A program made the position numbers and the translations under genes. A DNA stretch of 64,000 bases from an uncultured Gemmatimonadaceae bacterium. GTDB taxonomy: Bacteria; Gemmatimonadota; Gemmatimonadetes; Gemmatimonadales; GWC2-71-9. The stretch spans positions 35,206-99,205 of the forward strand of contig CAZNOJ010000001.1 of the NCBI GenBank assembly GCA_964574665.1, written 5' to 3'. The notes under the pieces were generated by a model that saw only the letters and a list, made by a program, of their open reading frames with translations, was not told where the DNA came from and searched no databases. Positions 35,717 to 44,366 of this stretch are shown piece after piece; within the stretch, counting starts at the first letter, position 1; each line of letters begins with the position of its first letter.

Positions 35717-36322
35717 ATGCGGGTGATCTTGCTGCACGGCATGGGGCGCACGCCACTCTCGATGTGGCGGCTGGGGCGCTTCCTGGCGGAGCATGGACAC
35801 CGGCCGGAACTGGTCGGCTACAGCGCCACCTTCGAACGGTTCGACCGGATCAGCAGCCGGGTGCACCGGCGGCTGGTGCGCGTTGCCGGGCACGGCGCTC
35901 CCTACGCCCTCGTGGGCCACTCGCTCGGTGGCCTGATCGCGCGCGCGGCCCTCGCCGGTGTCCCCACGCCCCCGACCGCCGTGGTGCTGCTCGGCACGCC
36001 GGGGCGGCCGCCACGGCTCGCCACTCGCCTGGCGCGCCGCTGGCCCTACCGCCTGGTCAACGGCGAGTGCGGCCAGCTCCTGGCCCAACCGGAGTTCTTC
36101 GCCGCGCTGCCTCCGCATTCCGCCCCCACCACCAGCATCGCGGGCACCGCCGGACCGCGCGGCCGCTGGAGTCCGTTCGGCGAGCAGCCCAATGACTGGG
36201 TGGTGTCGCTGGACGAGGCGGCCAGCGACCTGGCGGAGCCGATCGAGGTGGCCGCCACGCACACCTTCATGATGAATCACCGCAGGGTGCGGGAACTCAT
36301 CCTGCAGGCGCTCGACGCCTGA
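35717..36322 (+). CDS. Alpha/beta hydrolase
   Basis: MRVILLHGMGRT.. with the nucleophile elbow GHSLGG (LVGHSLGGLIA). Confidence 0.75.
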   Translation: MRVILLHGMGRTPLSMWRLGRFLAEHGHRPELVGYSATFERFDRISSRVHRRLVRVAGHGAPYALVGHSLGGLIARAALAGVPTPPTAVVLLGTPGRPPRLATRLARRWPYRLVNGECGQLLAQPEFFAALPPHSAPTTSIAGTAGPRGRWSPFGEQPNDWVVSLDEAASDLAEPIEVAATHTFMMNHRRVRELILQALDA

Positions 36323-37430
36323 AGCCATCGCGGCGCGCGGCGGGCACCTGCAACGGCGGGAAGAGGTCGCCCTGCAGGGGTTGCCACGGCAGGTCGCGTT
36401 CGCCGAAGTCACACTCGCGCTCCAGCCGGGTGAGCCGCTCCCGCAGTGCCGCCTGGTAGGCGGCTGACGGAGACTGATGCTCGGCGAAATGGGCGCGATA
36501 CCGGGCCGCCAATCCCGGTCGGTGACGATCGAGCCACGGCAGCAGGGTATGCCGCGTGGCGGGTCCCATCCGGAGGGCGCCACCGGTGGCCGCCAGGCCG
36601 CCGGCCTCCGCGATCGCATGCATCAGGGCGCGCAACTCGGCCTCGCCATCGGTGAGTCCGGGCAGGACGGGCATGATCAGCGCGTCGGTGCGCACTCCTG
36701 CGGCCGCGAGCCGCGACATCGCGCGCAGGCGGGCGTGCGGTGCGGCGCTGCGTGGTTCCAGCTGGCGCAGCAACTCGCGGTCGAGCGAGGCAATGGACAT
36801 GTGCACCGTCACGCGGTGGCGCCCGGACAGCCGCACAAGCAGGTCGATGTCACGTTCCACCAAGGCGCTCTTGGTGATGATTCCGATCCGCAACCCCTCG
36901 TGACGGAGCAACACCTCGAGGAGCTTCCGGGTGATTCCGAAGCGCCGCTCCGCGGGCTGGTAGGGGTCGGTGGCCGAGCCGATCATGATGGGGGAGTGGC
37001 CGATGCGGGAGAGGTCGAGGGTGCGGGCCAGCACGGCGTCGGCCTCGAGCTTGACCAGGATGCGGCGCTCGAACGCGAGGGCCGCCGGCATCCGCTGTGC
37101 CTCGCGCGCCACCGGCAGGGCCTCACGCTGGTTGGCGGCGCGCTCCACGGTCCAGCGATGCGTCTCGCGTGCATAGCAGTAGACGCAGCCGAACTCGCAG
37201 CCGACGTAGGGGTTGATCGACCAGAAGACCATCCCGGTGCTGGCGGGTGGATTGAGCACCTGGTTGGGCACGATGCCGATGTACGCCGCATCGGCCGGCG
37301 TGCGATGCAGCTCCACCCAATCTGTCCGGCGGACCCGCGGCGTCCGGCTGGTCGTGGTCAACCGCACCTTCCCCACCCGCACGAGTGGCACATGAGGCAG
37401 GCAGAGGCCCGCACCACCCGGCCGCCGCAT
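36297..37430 (-). CDS. Radical SAM protein of the DNA-repair-photolyase / spore-photoproduct-lyase-like group
   Basis: The CxxxCxxC cluster motif is in SINPYVGCEFGCVYCYARETH, and the layout is COG1533-like. The exact start is uncertain (ORF start 37430). The 3' end overlaps the convergent hydrolase by 26 nt. Confidence 0.75.
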   Translation of the reverse strand: MRRPGGAGLCLPHVPLVRVGKVRLTTTSRTPRVRRTDWVELHRTPADAAYIGIVPNQVLNPPASTGMVFWSINPYVGCEFGCVYCYARETHRWTVERAANQREALPVAREAQRMPAALAFERRILVKLEADAVLARTLDLSRIGHSPIMIGSATDPYQPAERRFGITRKLLEVLLRHEGLRIGIITKSALVERDIDLLVRLSGRHRVTVHMSIASLDRELLRQLEPRSAAPHARLRAMSRLAAAGVRTDALIMPVLPGLTDGEAELRALMHAIAEAGGLAATGGALRMGPATRHTLLPWLDRHRPGLAARYRAHFAEHQSPSAAYQAALRERLTRLERECDFGERDLPWQPLQGDLFPPLQVPAARRDGFRRRAPAG

Positions 37431-37607
37431 TCCGGGCAGGTGGGGGCGGGATCCAGGTAGGGGTTGCCGGACGGGGGTGTGCTTCGCCAGGCCGGAGCGG
37501 GGGCCGGGGTCTCGGCGAGGTCGATATCGCTAACCCCTGATGCGGCAATGGATTGGTACAGCGATCGCCGGGCGGCGAGGAGCGGAAAGGAGACCAGCAC
37601 GTCGAGT

Positions 37608-37658
37608 CCCTCATTCGGGATATGTTCGGTATGATACCGAAGATATGCCGAACGAGGG
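37608..37658. repeat. 51-bp near-perfect nested palindrome in an AT-rich island
   Basis: CCCTCaTTCGGgATATgTTCGGTAT-g-ATACCGAAgATATgCCGAAcGAGGG. 22 of 25 arm positions are complementary, and the core 17 bp (37625..37641) is perfect. Four TTCGG/CCGAA half-sites are spaced 11 bp within each arm. Confidence 0.8.
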
Positions 37659-37668
37659 ATCGTGCAAG

Positions 37669-38475
37669 TCAGAAGCGGTACTGAATGATCACGCCGGCCT
37701 CGAAGTCCACTGGTTTCGGTCCCGCCACCGAGTCCCGCACCAGGACGATCCGGGACGACCCCACGGCGCTCCGGATCTGGAGGAGGCGCTTCTGGAGCAG
37801 GGAGTCCGGCTCCGGGGGATCACCCGGCCACCCGACCACGGCGACCTCCGTGTCCGGCTGCCTGGCGAGCAGGTCGCGCAACCATTGCAGGAGTTCACCC
37901 CCCGCAAAGGGTACTTCACCCCCGATGCGATAGCGGAGGGTTACCGGGGGGCGTGGGGCAGCGCCACGGGCAGCTGTGGCCAGGAGCGCGGCGAGGCGAT
38001 CACTGACCTCCGCATCCCTGCCGCAATCCACCTGCAGATAGGCACGTCCGCCGTCGAGTTGCAGGCCAGCGGTCCGGCGAGGGTTCCGGCACCTGAGCAG
38101 GCCGCGGACATCGTTCTCCGCGATGAGCTCGGAGAGAATCGCCTCACGAACCGGTCGGAGCGTGCGGAGCGCGAATGCAGAAGGGGCCGGGGCCGACGTG
38201 GCGCCTGGCGTCGCCGCGATGGTGCGGGAAGCAGCCGATCCGGCGCCTGCACGTTCGGAGGTCCGCGACGCCTGCTCCACCAGGAAGTTGTCCACGGTGA
38301 CATGCAGGACCGATCCGCTCCACTGGGCATTGCGCACCGCGACCTCGACGTCGTCGAGTGCCAGCATCACCGTGGCGGCGAGGTGTCCCGCCGGCTCCGG
38401 GGCTGGTCGCACTGTGAGGGGCGGACACAGGGCGGCGAGGGTCGCCGTGGCGAACCGAAGGCGACCTCGGGTCAT
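37669..38475 (-). CDS. Hypothetical secreted protein (C-terminus ..IIQYRF)
   Basis: Track ORF of 268 aa. ATGA overlap with the upstream lipoprotein gene. It has a hydrophobic N-terminus (FATATLAALC) and a C-terminal aromatic residue. I recognised no family. Confidence 0.45.
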   Translation of the reverse strand: MTRGRLRFATATLAALCPPLTVRPAPEPAGHLAATVMLALDDVEVAVRNAQWSGSVLHVTVDNFLVEQASRTSERAGAGSAASRTIAATPGATSAPAPSAFALRTLRPVREAILSELIAENDVRGLLRCRNPRRTAGLQLDGGRAYLQVDCGRDAEVSDRLAALLATAARGAAPRPPVTLRYRIGGEVPFAGGELLQWLRDLLARQPDTEVAVVGWPGDPPEPDSLLQKRLLQIRSAVGSSRIVLVRDSVAGPKPVDFEAGVIIQYRF

Positions 38476-38804
38476 GGCGCCTCCTTGGCTGGCGTCGGGG
38501 CGCCGGCGCAGTCGGACACTTCGGTCATGAAGGTGCCGGCGCGCATCATCCCCTCGAGGCCGAGCTGCCCGCGAAGCCGCTGGGTGGTGACCGAATCCTG
38601 CTCGAGCGCGGCCAGCACGAAGTTCCGTTCGTCCTCCGACAGCTCACGAGCGGCCTTGGTGGCCATGCAGCTGCAGACGGCAGGCTCGAGGTTGCTCGAC
38701 GACCCGCACGCGTCGGCAAACTGCGTTTCGAACGAGCTGCCGCCGGCGCCGGCGCCGCCGCAGGCGACCAGCAAGGCGACGGTTGCAGGGATTCCTCGTG
38801 TCAT
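38472..38804 (-). CDS. Small Cys-containing lipoprotein, unknown function
   Basis: This is the last 110 codons of track ORF 38472..39812. ATG 38804 is preceded by gggaggga. The lipobox is VALLVAC. Confidence 0.55.
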   Translation of the reverse strand: MTRGIPATVALLVACGGAGAGGSSFETQFADACGSSSNLEPAVCSCMATKAARELSEDERNFVLAALEQDSVTTQRLRGQLGLEGMMRAGTFMTEVSDCAGAPTPAKEAP

Positions 38805-38966
38805 GGTTGCTCCCTCCCAGGCGTGGCGCTCGTCGCGGCCTCGCAACGATGCGGCGTGTTGGCGTCGTGGTCTCCCCCGATCCGACTGGCGGGGAGTGCG
38901 CATCGGCGTGATACTAGGGAAGGGCAGGATCGGGCTGGCAGGGATCACGCCGGGCGGGAGGCGGCA

Positions 38967-39536
38967 ATGGAGGTCACCGGCCTGCTTCGGGCCTGGCGCG
39001 AAGGCCGGGCGGACGCCCTCGACGAGCTGATGCCGCTCGTCTACGACCAGCTCCGCGTGATTGCGGCGCGCCACCTCGCGCGCGAGCGTGCCGACCACAC
39101 CCTGAGCACCACCGCCCTCGTGCACGAGGCCTATCTGCACCTGGTGGACCAGGCGGCAGTGGATTGGCAGGACAGGGTCCACTTCTACGCCATTGCCTCC
39201 CGGACCATGCGCCGCGTGCTGGTGTGGCACGCGCGACACCACGCCGCCCGGAAGCGCGACGGCGGCCGCAAGGTGGCGCTCGAGGCCGCGTTCGAGGTCG
39301 GGAAGGATGACGGATCCGCGTTCGCGGACCTCGTGGCGCTCAACGAGGCGCTCGAGCGACTGGAGGCGATCGACTCCCGTCTCTGCCGCGTGGTGGAGTG
39401 CCGCTTCTTCGGCGGACTCGACGTGCCGGAGACGGCGACCGTGCTCCAGGTCTCCACGGCCACGGTGAAGCGCGACTGGCAGGCCGCGCGCGCCTGGCTT
39501 CGCCTCGCCCTCGACGATGCGCCCGATGCACCTTGA
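38967..39536 (+). CDS. ECF-type RNA polymerase sigma factor (the type paired with Ser/Thr kinases)
   Basis: Track ORF 38823..39536, with the start at ATG 38967. TTALVHEAYLHLVDQ..WQDRVHFYAIASRTMRRVLV (region 2) and ..VVECRFFGGLDVPETATVLQVSTATVKRDW (region 4 HTH). Confidence 0.85.
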   Translation: MEVTGLLRAWREGRADALDELMPLVYDQLRVIAARHLARERADHTLSTTALVHEAYLHLVDQAAVDWQDRVHFYAIASRTMRRVLVWHARHHAARKRDGGRKVALEAAFEVGKDDGSAFADLVALNEALERLEAIDSRLCRVVECRFFGGLDVPETATVLQVSTATVKRDWQAARAWLRLALDDAPDAP

Positions 39537-42135
39537 CGGCCCGCTCTGGCTGCGGGCACGCCCGCTCCTCGATGCCGCGCTCGCGCTGCCCGCGGCCGAA
39601 CGCCCGGCGTATCTCGACGGCGTGGCGGCCAGCGACCCGGCGTTGCGCAAAGCGCTCGGCGAACTCGTCGCCGCGGCGGAGGACGAGTCGCCGTTCCTCG
39701 ATGCCCTCCCCACCGCGGCGCTCGACCTGTTGCGGGCGCGCGGGGTGTCGCTCGAGGCCGGGGCCCGCATCGGTCCGTATCGCCTCCTCCGCCTGCTTGG
39801 CGAGGGGGGCATGGGGACGGTCTACCTCGGCGAGCGCGCCGATGGGGAGTTCGAGCAGCGCGTCGCGATCAAGTTGATGCGCGCCGCGGCACTTGCCCCC
39901 GACGACGTGGCCCGGTTTCGCCGGGAGCGGCAGATCCTCGCGTGGCTCGACCACCCCGGCATCGCCCGCCTGCAGGACGGCGGACTGAGCGACCATGGCC
40001 CCTTCCTGGTGATGGAGTATGTCGAGGGTGCGCCGATCGACCGGCATTGCGCGGACCTGCGGCTCGGCGTGGCGCAGCGCCTCGCGGTCTTCCTTGCCGT
40101 GTGCGAGGCGGTCGAGTACGCACACCGGAACCTGGTGATCCATCGCGACCTCAAGCCCGGAAACATCCTCGTGACGCCGGAAGGTCGAGTCAAGCTGCTC
40201 GATTTCGGCATTGCCCGGCTCATCGACGGGGGCGCCGACGCTGGCGCCGCGAACACCGCACCGTTCTTCACGCGGGCCTACGCGTCGCCCGAGCAGATCC
40301 GTGGTGACCCGTTGACCACCGCTTCCGATGTCTATTCCCTCGGTGCCGTGCTCTACCAGCTTCTCACCGGGCGCCTGCCGCACGAGTTGCACGGGCTCTC
40401 CCCGGCCGCCGTGGAGCACGAGGTGACGGTGGTGTCGCCGCGGCGACCCGGGACGATCCGGCGCGAGCTCCGGGGCGAGCTCGACCTGATCGTGCTCAAG
40501 GCGCTGCACGCCGATCCGTCACGACGCTATGGGTCGGTGGCGGCCCTGGCCGATGACCTGCGGCGGCACCTCGCCCACCTGCCGATCACCGCGCGGCCCG
40601 ACACCATGGGCTACCGCCTGACGCGCTTCGCGCGGCGACACGCCATGGGGCTGGGCGCCGCAGCGCTCCTCGCCCTGGCGCTCGGCGCCGGCACCGTATC
40701 CACCCTGCGAGAGAAGGCGAGGGCGGAGCGCCGCTTCGACAGCGTGCGGGCGCTCGCCAATGCGCTGCTCTTCGACTTGCACGATGCGGTGCGCGACCTG
40801 CCGGGCGCCACTGCCGCCCGACAACGCCTTGTGACGCAGGCGCTCACGTATCTCGACCAGTTGCGTGCCGAGTCGCCGAGCGACCCCGCGCTTCGAGCCG
40901 AGCTGGCCTCCGCCTACGAGCGGATCGGCGAGATCCAGGGTGACCCGCACCGGGCCAACACGGGCGATCTCGCGGGCGCCACCGAGAGCTATCGCGAGGC
41001 GCTGGCGCTCCGTCGCGCGCTCTGGGATGAACTGCCGACGGATCCTGCGCGGACCCACGCCCTGGCCAACGGGCTCGGTCGGATGGCCGTGGTGGTCTCG
41101 TGGGGCGGTGACAACGACTCGGCCATCGTGCTCTCGCGGAGAGCGCTCGAGCTGCTGGCGAGCGTGCGAGGAGGCACGGAAGAGGCCGCGTCCCTGGCGC
41201 TGGATCACGGTCGGATCCAGTCGGAGCTGGGGTGGTGGCTGGTATGGGCGGGGCGCATCGAGCCGGGGCTTGACCAGATCGACTCGGCGATCGGCCGGCT
41301 TGCGGTGCGCGTGGATCCGCGATCGGCCACTGCCGATCCGGCGGTGGACCTGTGGAGGGCATACACCTACCGGCTGGATGGGCTGCGATTCAGCGACCGC
41401 CACCGAGCTGCTCTCGAGCTCCTCCACGCCACGGCGCTGCCCTACCTTGCCCGGGTGGCCGAGCGGCATCCCCGAGAGGCCCGCGTGCTCTACGAGCAGC
41501 ACGTGGGGCACGACCTGCTCGGTGCGCTGGAGCTCCACCTCGGCAACCTGGTCGCGGCGCGAGAAGCGCACGCCGCATCCCTTCGCTACGCCGAGGCACT
41601 GGTTGCCGCGGATTCCGCCAACCAGAAGGCCATGGAGGGGCTGGCGCGCGCCAACTTCTCCCTGGGCGAGATCCTGGCCCGGGAGGCGCGCCTCGACAGC
41701 GCCGTGGCGGCGTTGACGCGCAGCGTGCGCGTGCTTGAGCGGCTCGCCACGGGGGACGCGCGCAACGCCGAATTCGTCAACATGCTCGGCAACGCGCAGC
41801 GGCGGCTCTGCCGTGTGCTGCACGACGGCGCGCGCACCGCCCTCGCCCTCGAGTGGTGCGTCGCCGGGGAGCGGACGCTCGAGCGGGCGGTGGTGCGTGC
41901 CACCGACAATCCGGTGGTGCGCGCCAACCTCGGGTCGGCCTACGTGGCCACGGCCAGGGTGCTTCGTGACCTGTCGCGCGCGGAGGCCGGGCCCGAGGCC
42001 GCACGGTATCGCGAACTGGCGCGGTCACGGTTCGGCGACGGGCTCCGATTGCTCCGCGAGGTCGACCGCACCGGTGCGACACCAGAGATCCCGCCGGATT
42101 CCGTCGCCGCCGAGCTGGCCGCGCTCAATCGCTGA
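39517..42135 (+). CDS. Ser/Thr protein kinase with an N-terminal sigma-associated helical region, one TM helix and a large TPR-like periplasmic domain
   Basis: GEGGMGTVYLG..AIKLM..HRDLKPGNILV..DFGIA..YASPEQ. The TM segment is GLGAAALLALALGAG. It overlaps the sigma gene by 20 nt. Confidence 0.85.
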   Translation: MRPMHLDGPLWLRARPLLDAALALPAAERPAYLDGVAASDPALRKALGELVAAAEDESPFLDALPTAALDLLRARGVSLEAGARIGPYRLLRLLGEGGMGTVYLGERADGEFEQRVAIKLMRAAALAPDDVARFRRERQILAWLDHPGIARLQDGGLSDHGPFLVMEYVEGAPIDRHCADLRLGVAQRLAVFLAVCEAVEYAHRNLVIHRDLKPGNILVTPEGRVKLLDFGIARLIDGGADAGAANTAPFFTRAYASPEQIRGDPLTTASDVYSLGAVLYQLLTGRLPHELHGLSPAAVEHEVTVVSPRRPGTIRRELRGELDLIVLKALHADPSRRYGSVAALADDLRRHLAHLPITARPDTMGYRLTRFARRHAMGLGAAALLALALGAGTVSTLREKARAERRFDSVRALANALLFDLHDAVRDLPGATAARQRLVTQALTYLDQLRAESPSDPALRAELASAYERIGEIQGDPHRANTGDLAGATESYREALALRRALWDELPTDPARTHALANGLGRMAVVVSWGGDNDSAIVLSRRALELLASVRGGTEEAASLALDHGRIQSELGWWLVWAGRIEPGLDQIDSAIGRLAVRVDPRSATADPAVDLWRAYTYRLDGLRFSDRHRAALELLHATALPYLARVAERHPREARVLYEQHVGHDLLGALELHLGNLVAAREAHAASLRYAEALVAADSANQKAMEGLARANFSLGEILAREARLDSAVAALTRSVRVLERLATGDARNAEFVNMLGNAQRRLCRVLHDGARTALALEWCVAGERTLERAVVRATDNPVVRANLGSAYVATARVLRDLSRAEAGPEAARYRELARSRFGDGLRLLREVDRTGATPEIPPDSVAAELAALNR

Positions 42136-42145
42136 GCGGACCCGG

Positions 42146-42158
42146 CCCCCTCAGGGGG
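42146..42158. terminator. Short GC hairpin between convergent genes (CCCCC-tca-GGGGG)
   Basis: The stem is only 5 bp and it overlaps the OmpA-family stop codon. This is a very tentative call. Confidence 0.15.
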
Positions 42159-43194
42159 TCGTGGAGGACAGGCTGCGGATCACCACCCGGCGGTTCTCCT
42201 GCCTGCCTTCTGCCGTGGCGTTGGTGGCCACCGGCTCCTCCTCGCCGCGGCCCTCAGCGCGGAGTCGCGAACGGTCGATCCCCTGTGCCACGAGGAACTC
42301 CACCACGGCCCGGGCGCGATCCTCGGACAGCCGGAGGTTGTGGGTGGCGTCGCCCTGGTCATCGGTGTGTCCCACAATCGCCACTCGCAGGGAGGCGGTC
42401 CGGGTCAGCAGGTCGACGAGGTCGGCCAGCGTGCGGCTCGATTCGGGGCGCAGCGCGCTGCGATCGGTGTCGAACAGGATCCCGCGCGTGGTGACCGTCC
42501 CGCCTGCCGCGAGCGTCTCGGCCAGGTCGTCGATCTCCTTCGCGATCACGATGTCGTCGATGTAGGTGGGGAAGCGCGGATTGCCATCGAGCTGGAACTC
42601 GAGGATGCGCGAGGAGGGAAACCGCGCGTCCGGAACCTGCGCCACCCGCTCGGCGCCCACGTAGACGAGGGCGAGGCCGCGATGGAACTGGACCCGCACC
42701 GGCACCAGTTGGCCCACGATGGACTGGAGGATCGTCGCCGAGACCTCGTTGGCCTGGCGGTAGATGCCCGGCCGATTGGTGATCCGGACGTAGTCGTACG
42801 GCGATCGTGACAGGGCGCCCTCGGAGGGTGCGAAGAGCAACGTCACCCCGATATTCGGCGTAGGGATCCGGACCAGGAACTCCACGCTGAACGAGTTCCC
42901 GGTCTCCTCGGGAAGCGTGAGGCGCACCACGCCGTTCCCCACAGTCTCCAGCCGGGACGCGCCCTCGAAGGTGACCACCTGCATGTTCCCGCGCACATGG
43001 GTCAGCTGGCCGGCGGGGAACCGCCCCACCCGCTCCCCTTCGACGTCCACCACCTTGAGGACGCGCCGTCCCGGGACGAAGTCGTAGTTGCGCCAGACGC
43101 CCTCGCCGGGGGCCTGGGCGCGCTGCTGGGAGTCCTGGCCGAAGGCCGCGGCGGGGAGGAGGGTCGCCAGCAGCCCGAGAGCAGTCCACTTCAT
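42151..43194 (-). CDS. OmpA-family protein (C-terminal peptidoglycan-binding domain)
   Basis: Signal peptide LLATLLPAAAFGQ. The C-terminal sequence is ILFDTDRSALRPES..VGHTDDQGDATHNLRLSEDRARAVVEFL..RLRAEGRGEEEP. Confidence 0.85.
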   Translation of the reverse strand: MKWTALGLLATLLPAAAFGQDSQQRAQAPGEGVWRNYDFVPGRRVLKVVDVEGERVGRFPAGQLTHVRGNMQVVTFEGASRLETVGNGVVRLTLPEETGNSFSVEFLVRIPTPNIGVTLLFAPSEGALSRSPYDYVRITNRPGIYRQANEVSATILQSIVGQLVPVRVQFHRGLALVYVGAERVAQVPDARFPSSRILEFQLDGNPRFPTYIDDIVIAKEIDDLAETLAAGGTVTTRGILFDTDRSALRPESSRTLADLVDLLTRTASLRVAIVGHTDDQGDATHNLRLSEDRARAVVEFLVAQGIDRSRLRAEGRGEEEPVATNATAEGRQENRRVVIRSLSSTTP

Positions 43195-43284
43195 CGGTGC
43201 CTCCGTGGTATGGGGCAGTTCGTCCCCGTCCTGAGAAGGGCGAAGTGGGGGCCACCGGGCTCATGAGGGGCTGGGGGGCGGAGT

Positions 43285-43872
43285 ATGTTGGAGGGTGCCG
43301 CGGCGCCCGGTCGCGGTGTCCACCAGTCAACGAGCGGGGCCGTGGCACGCCTGGTTGTCTTCCTCCGGGCCATCAACGTCGGTGGCCGCACCGTCGCGAT
43401 GTCGCGCCTCGTGGAACTGTTCGAGGCCCTCGAGTGCGACGACGTGACCACCTTCATTGCCAGCGGAAACGTGATCCTCACGTCGTCCGCCCGGCCCTCG
43501 CTCCTTGAACGGCAGATTGACCGCCACCTCGAGGCCGAGCTCGGCTTCCGCGCCGAGGCCTTCGTGCGCACGCTGCCGGCGCTCCGGGCGGTGCGCGCGC
43601 AGGAACACTTCACCGCCGCGGAGGTCGGCCGCGCGCACGCACTCATGGTGGGGTTCGTGCGGAAGGCCATCGCTGCCGATGTGGCCCGGCGCGTGGCGGC
43701 GCTTTCCGGCCCCGTCGATCGCCTGCACTGCGACGGCACCGAGCTCTACTGGCTCCGCACCGCGCCGGAGAGCGATCCCAAGCTGGCCTCCGGGCTCGAG
43801 AAGGCCGTGGGGCAGCCGATGACGGTGCGCAACGTGAACACGGTGCGACGGATCCTGGAGAAGTTCGGGTGA
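43285..43872 (+). CDS. DUF1697-family protein
   Basis: VVFLRAINVGGRTVAMSRLVELFEAL..VTTFIASGNVIL. The true start may be a little downstream of ATG 43285. Confidence 0.75.
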   Translation: MLEGAAAPGRGVHQSTSGAVARLVVFLRAINVGGRTVAMSRLVELFEALECDDVTTFIASGNVILTSSARPSLLERQIDRHLEAELGFRAEAFVRTLPALRAVRAQEHFTAAEVGRAHALMVGFVRKAIAADVARRVAALSGPVDRLHCDGTELYWLRTAPESDPKLASGLEKAVGQPMTVRNVNTVRRILEKFG

Positions 43873-44366
43873 GGCGGTCAGCCATCGGGCGACTGCTGGC
43901 GGTCGCGGCGCTGGTGAGCGGACCCCTTGCCGCGCAGGGGCGCGACCCGCGGATGGCCGTGGATTCAGGGAAGGTGATTCGCTTCGACACCGGCGGGGTG
44001 CCGTTGCGCGGGCGGCTGCTTGCCCCGCTCTCGAGCGAGGTCGACTCGGTCCCGTATTGCAGGTTTCCCGGCCCCCCCTGCGACCGCTCTCCGACGGCTG
44101 GCCAGGTGGCATGGCTGAACCCGGCGTCGCTGCGGCACCTCGAGGTGCAGGTCGGCACCCGCGCCGGGAAAGGCGCATGGATCGGCGGGGTGATCGGAGT
44201 GCTGCTCACCTTCGGCGGCGCGTCCCTGGCGCAGGGCTTCTGCGAGTATCAGTGTCCATCGGATGCGGAAGTCCTGCTGGGGTCCGTGATTGTCGGTGGC
44301 TTCTGGGGTGGCGGACTCGGCGCCCTGATCGGTTCGGGATTTCCGAGGCTGGAGGGCCGGTTCTGA
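43869..44366 (+). CDS. Hypothetical secreted/membrane protein with Gly-zipper helices
   Basis: The GTG start forms a GTGA overlap. Signal LLAVAALVSGPLAAQG. Gly-zipper segments are GAWIGGVIGVLLTFGG and VIVGGFWGGGLGALIGSG. Confidence 0.45.
   Translation: MRRSAIGRLLAVAALVSGPLAAQGRDPRMAVDSGKVIRFDTGGVPLRGRLLAPLSSEVDSVPYCRFPGPPCDRSPTAGQVAWLNPASLRHLEVQVGTRAGKGAWIGGVIGVLLTFGGASLAQGFCEYQCPSDAEVLLGSVIVGGFWGGGLGALIGSGFPRLEGRF

Noticed and set aside
36297-36322. A 26-nt overlap of the 3' ends of the convergent hydrolase and radical SAM genes, considered as a possible fusion or antisense-regulation signal.
   Set aside because: Short convergent overlaps are common in compact GC-rich genomes. Both C-termini are non-conserved tails, so the overlap may simply reflect late stop codons.
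37625-37641. Naming the perfect 17-bp core TTCGGTATgATACCGAA as a LexA/SOS box.
   Set aside because: It does not match any LexA consensus I know: CTGT-N8-ACAG, GAAC-N4-GTTC, GTTC-N7-GTTC, or the cyanobacterial and deltaproteobacterial variants. I kept it as an unassigned palindrome.
38472-39812. A 446-aa minus-strand ORF overlapping the ECF sigma gene.
   Set aside because: Only the last 110 codons are credible: they follow a strong RBS and an ATG at 38804 and include a lipobox. The rest is antisense to the sigma factor and kinase and is Arg-rich.
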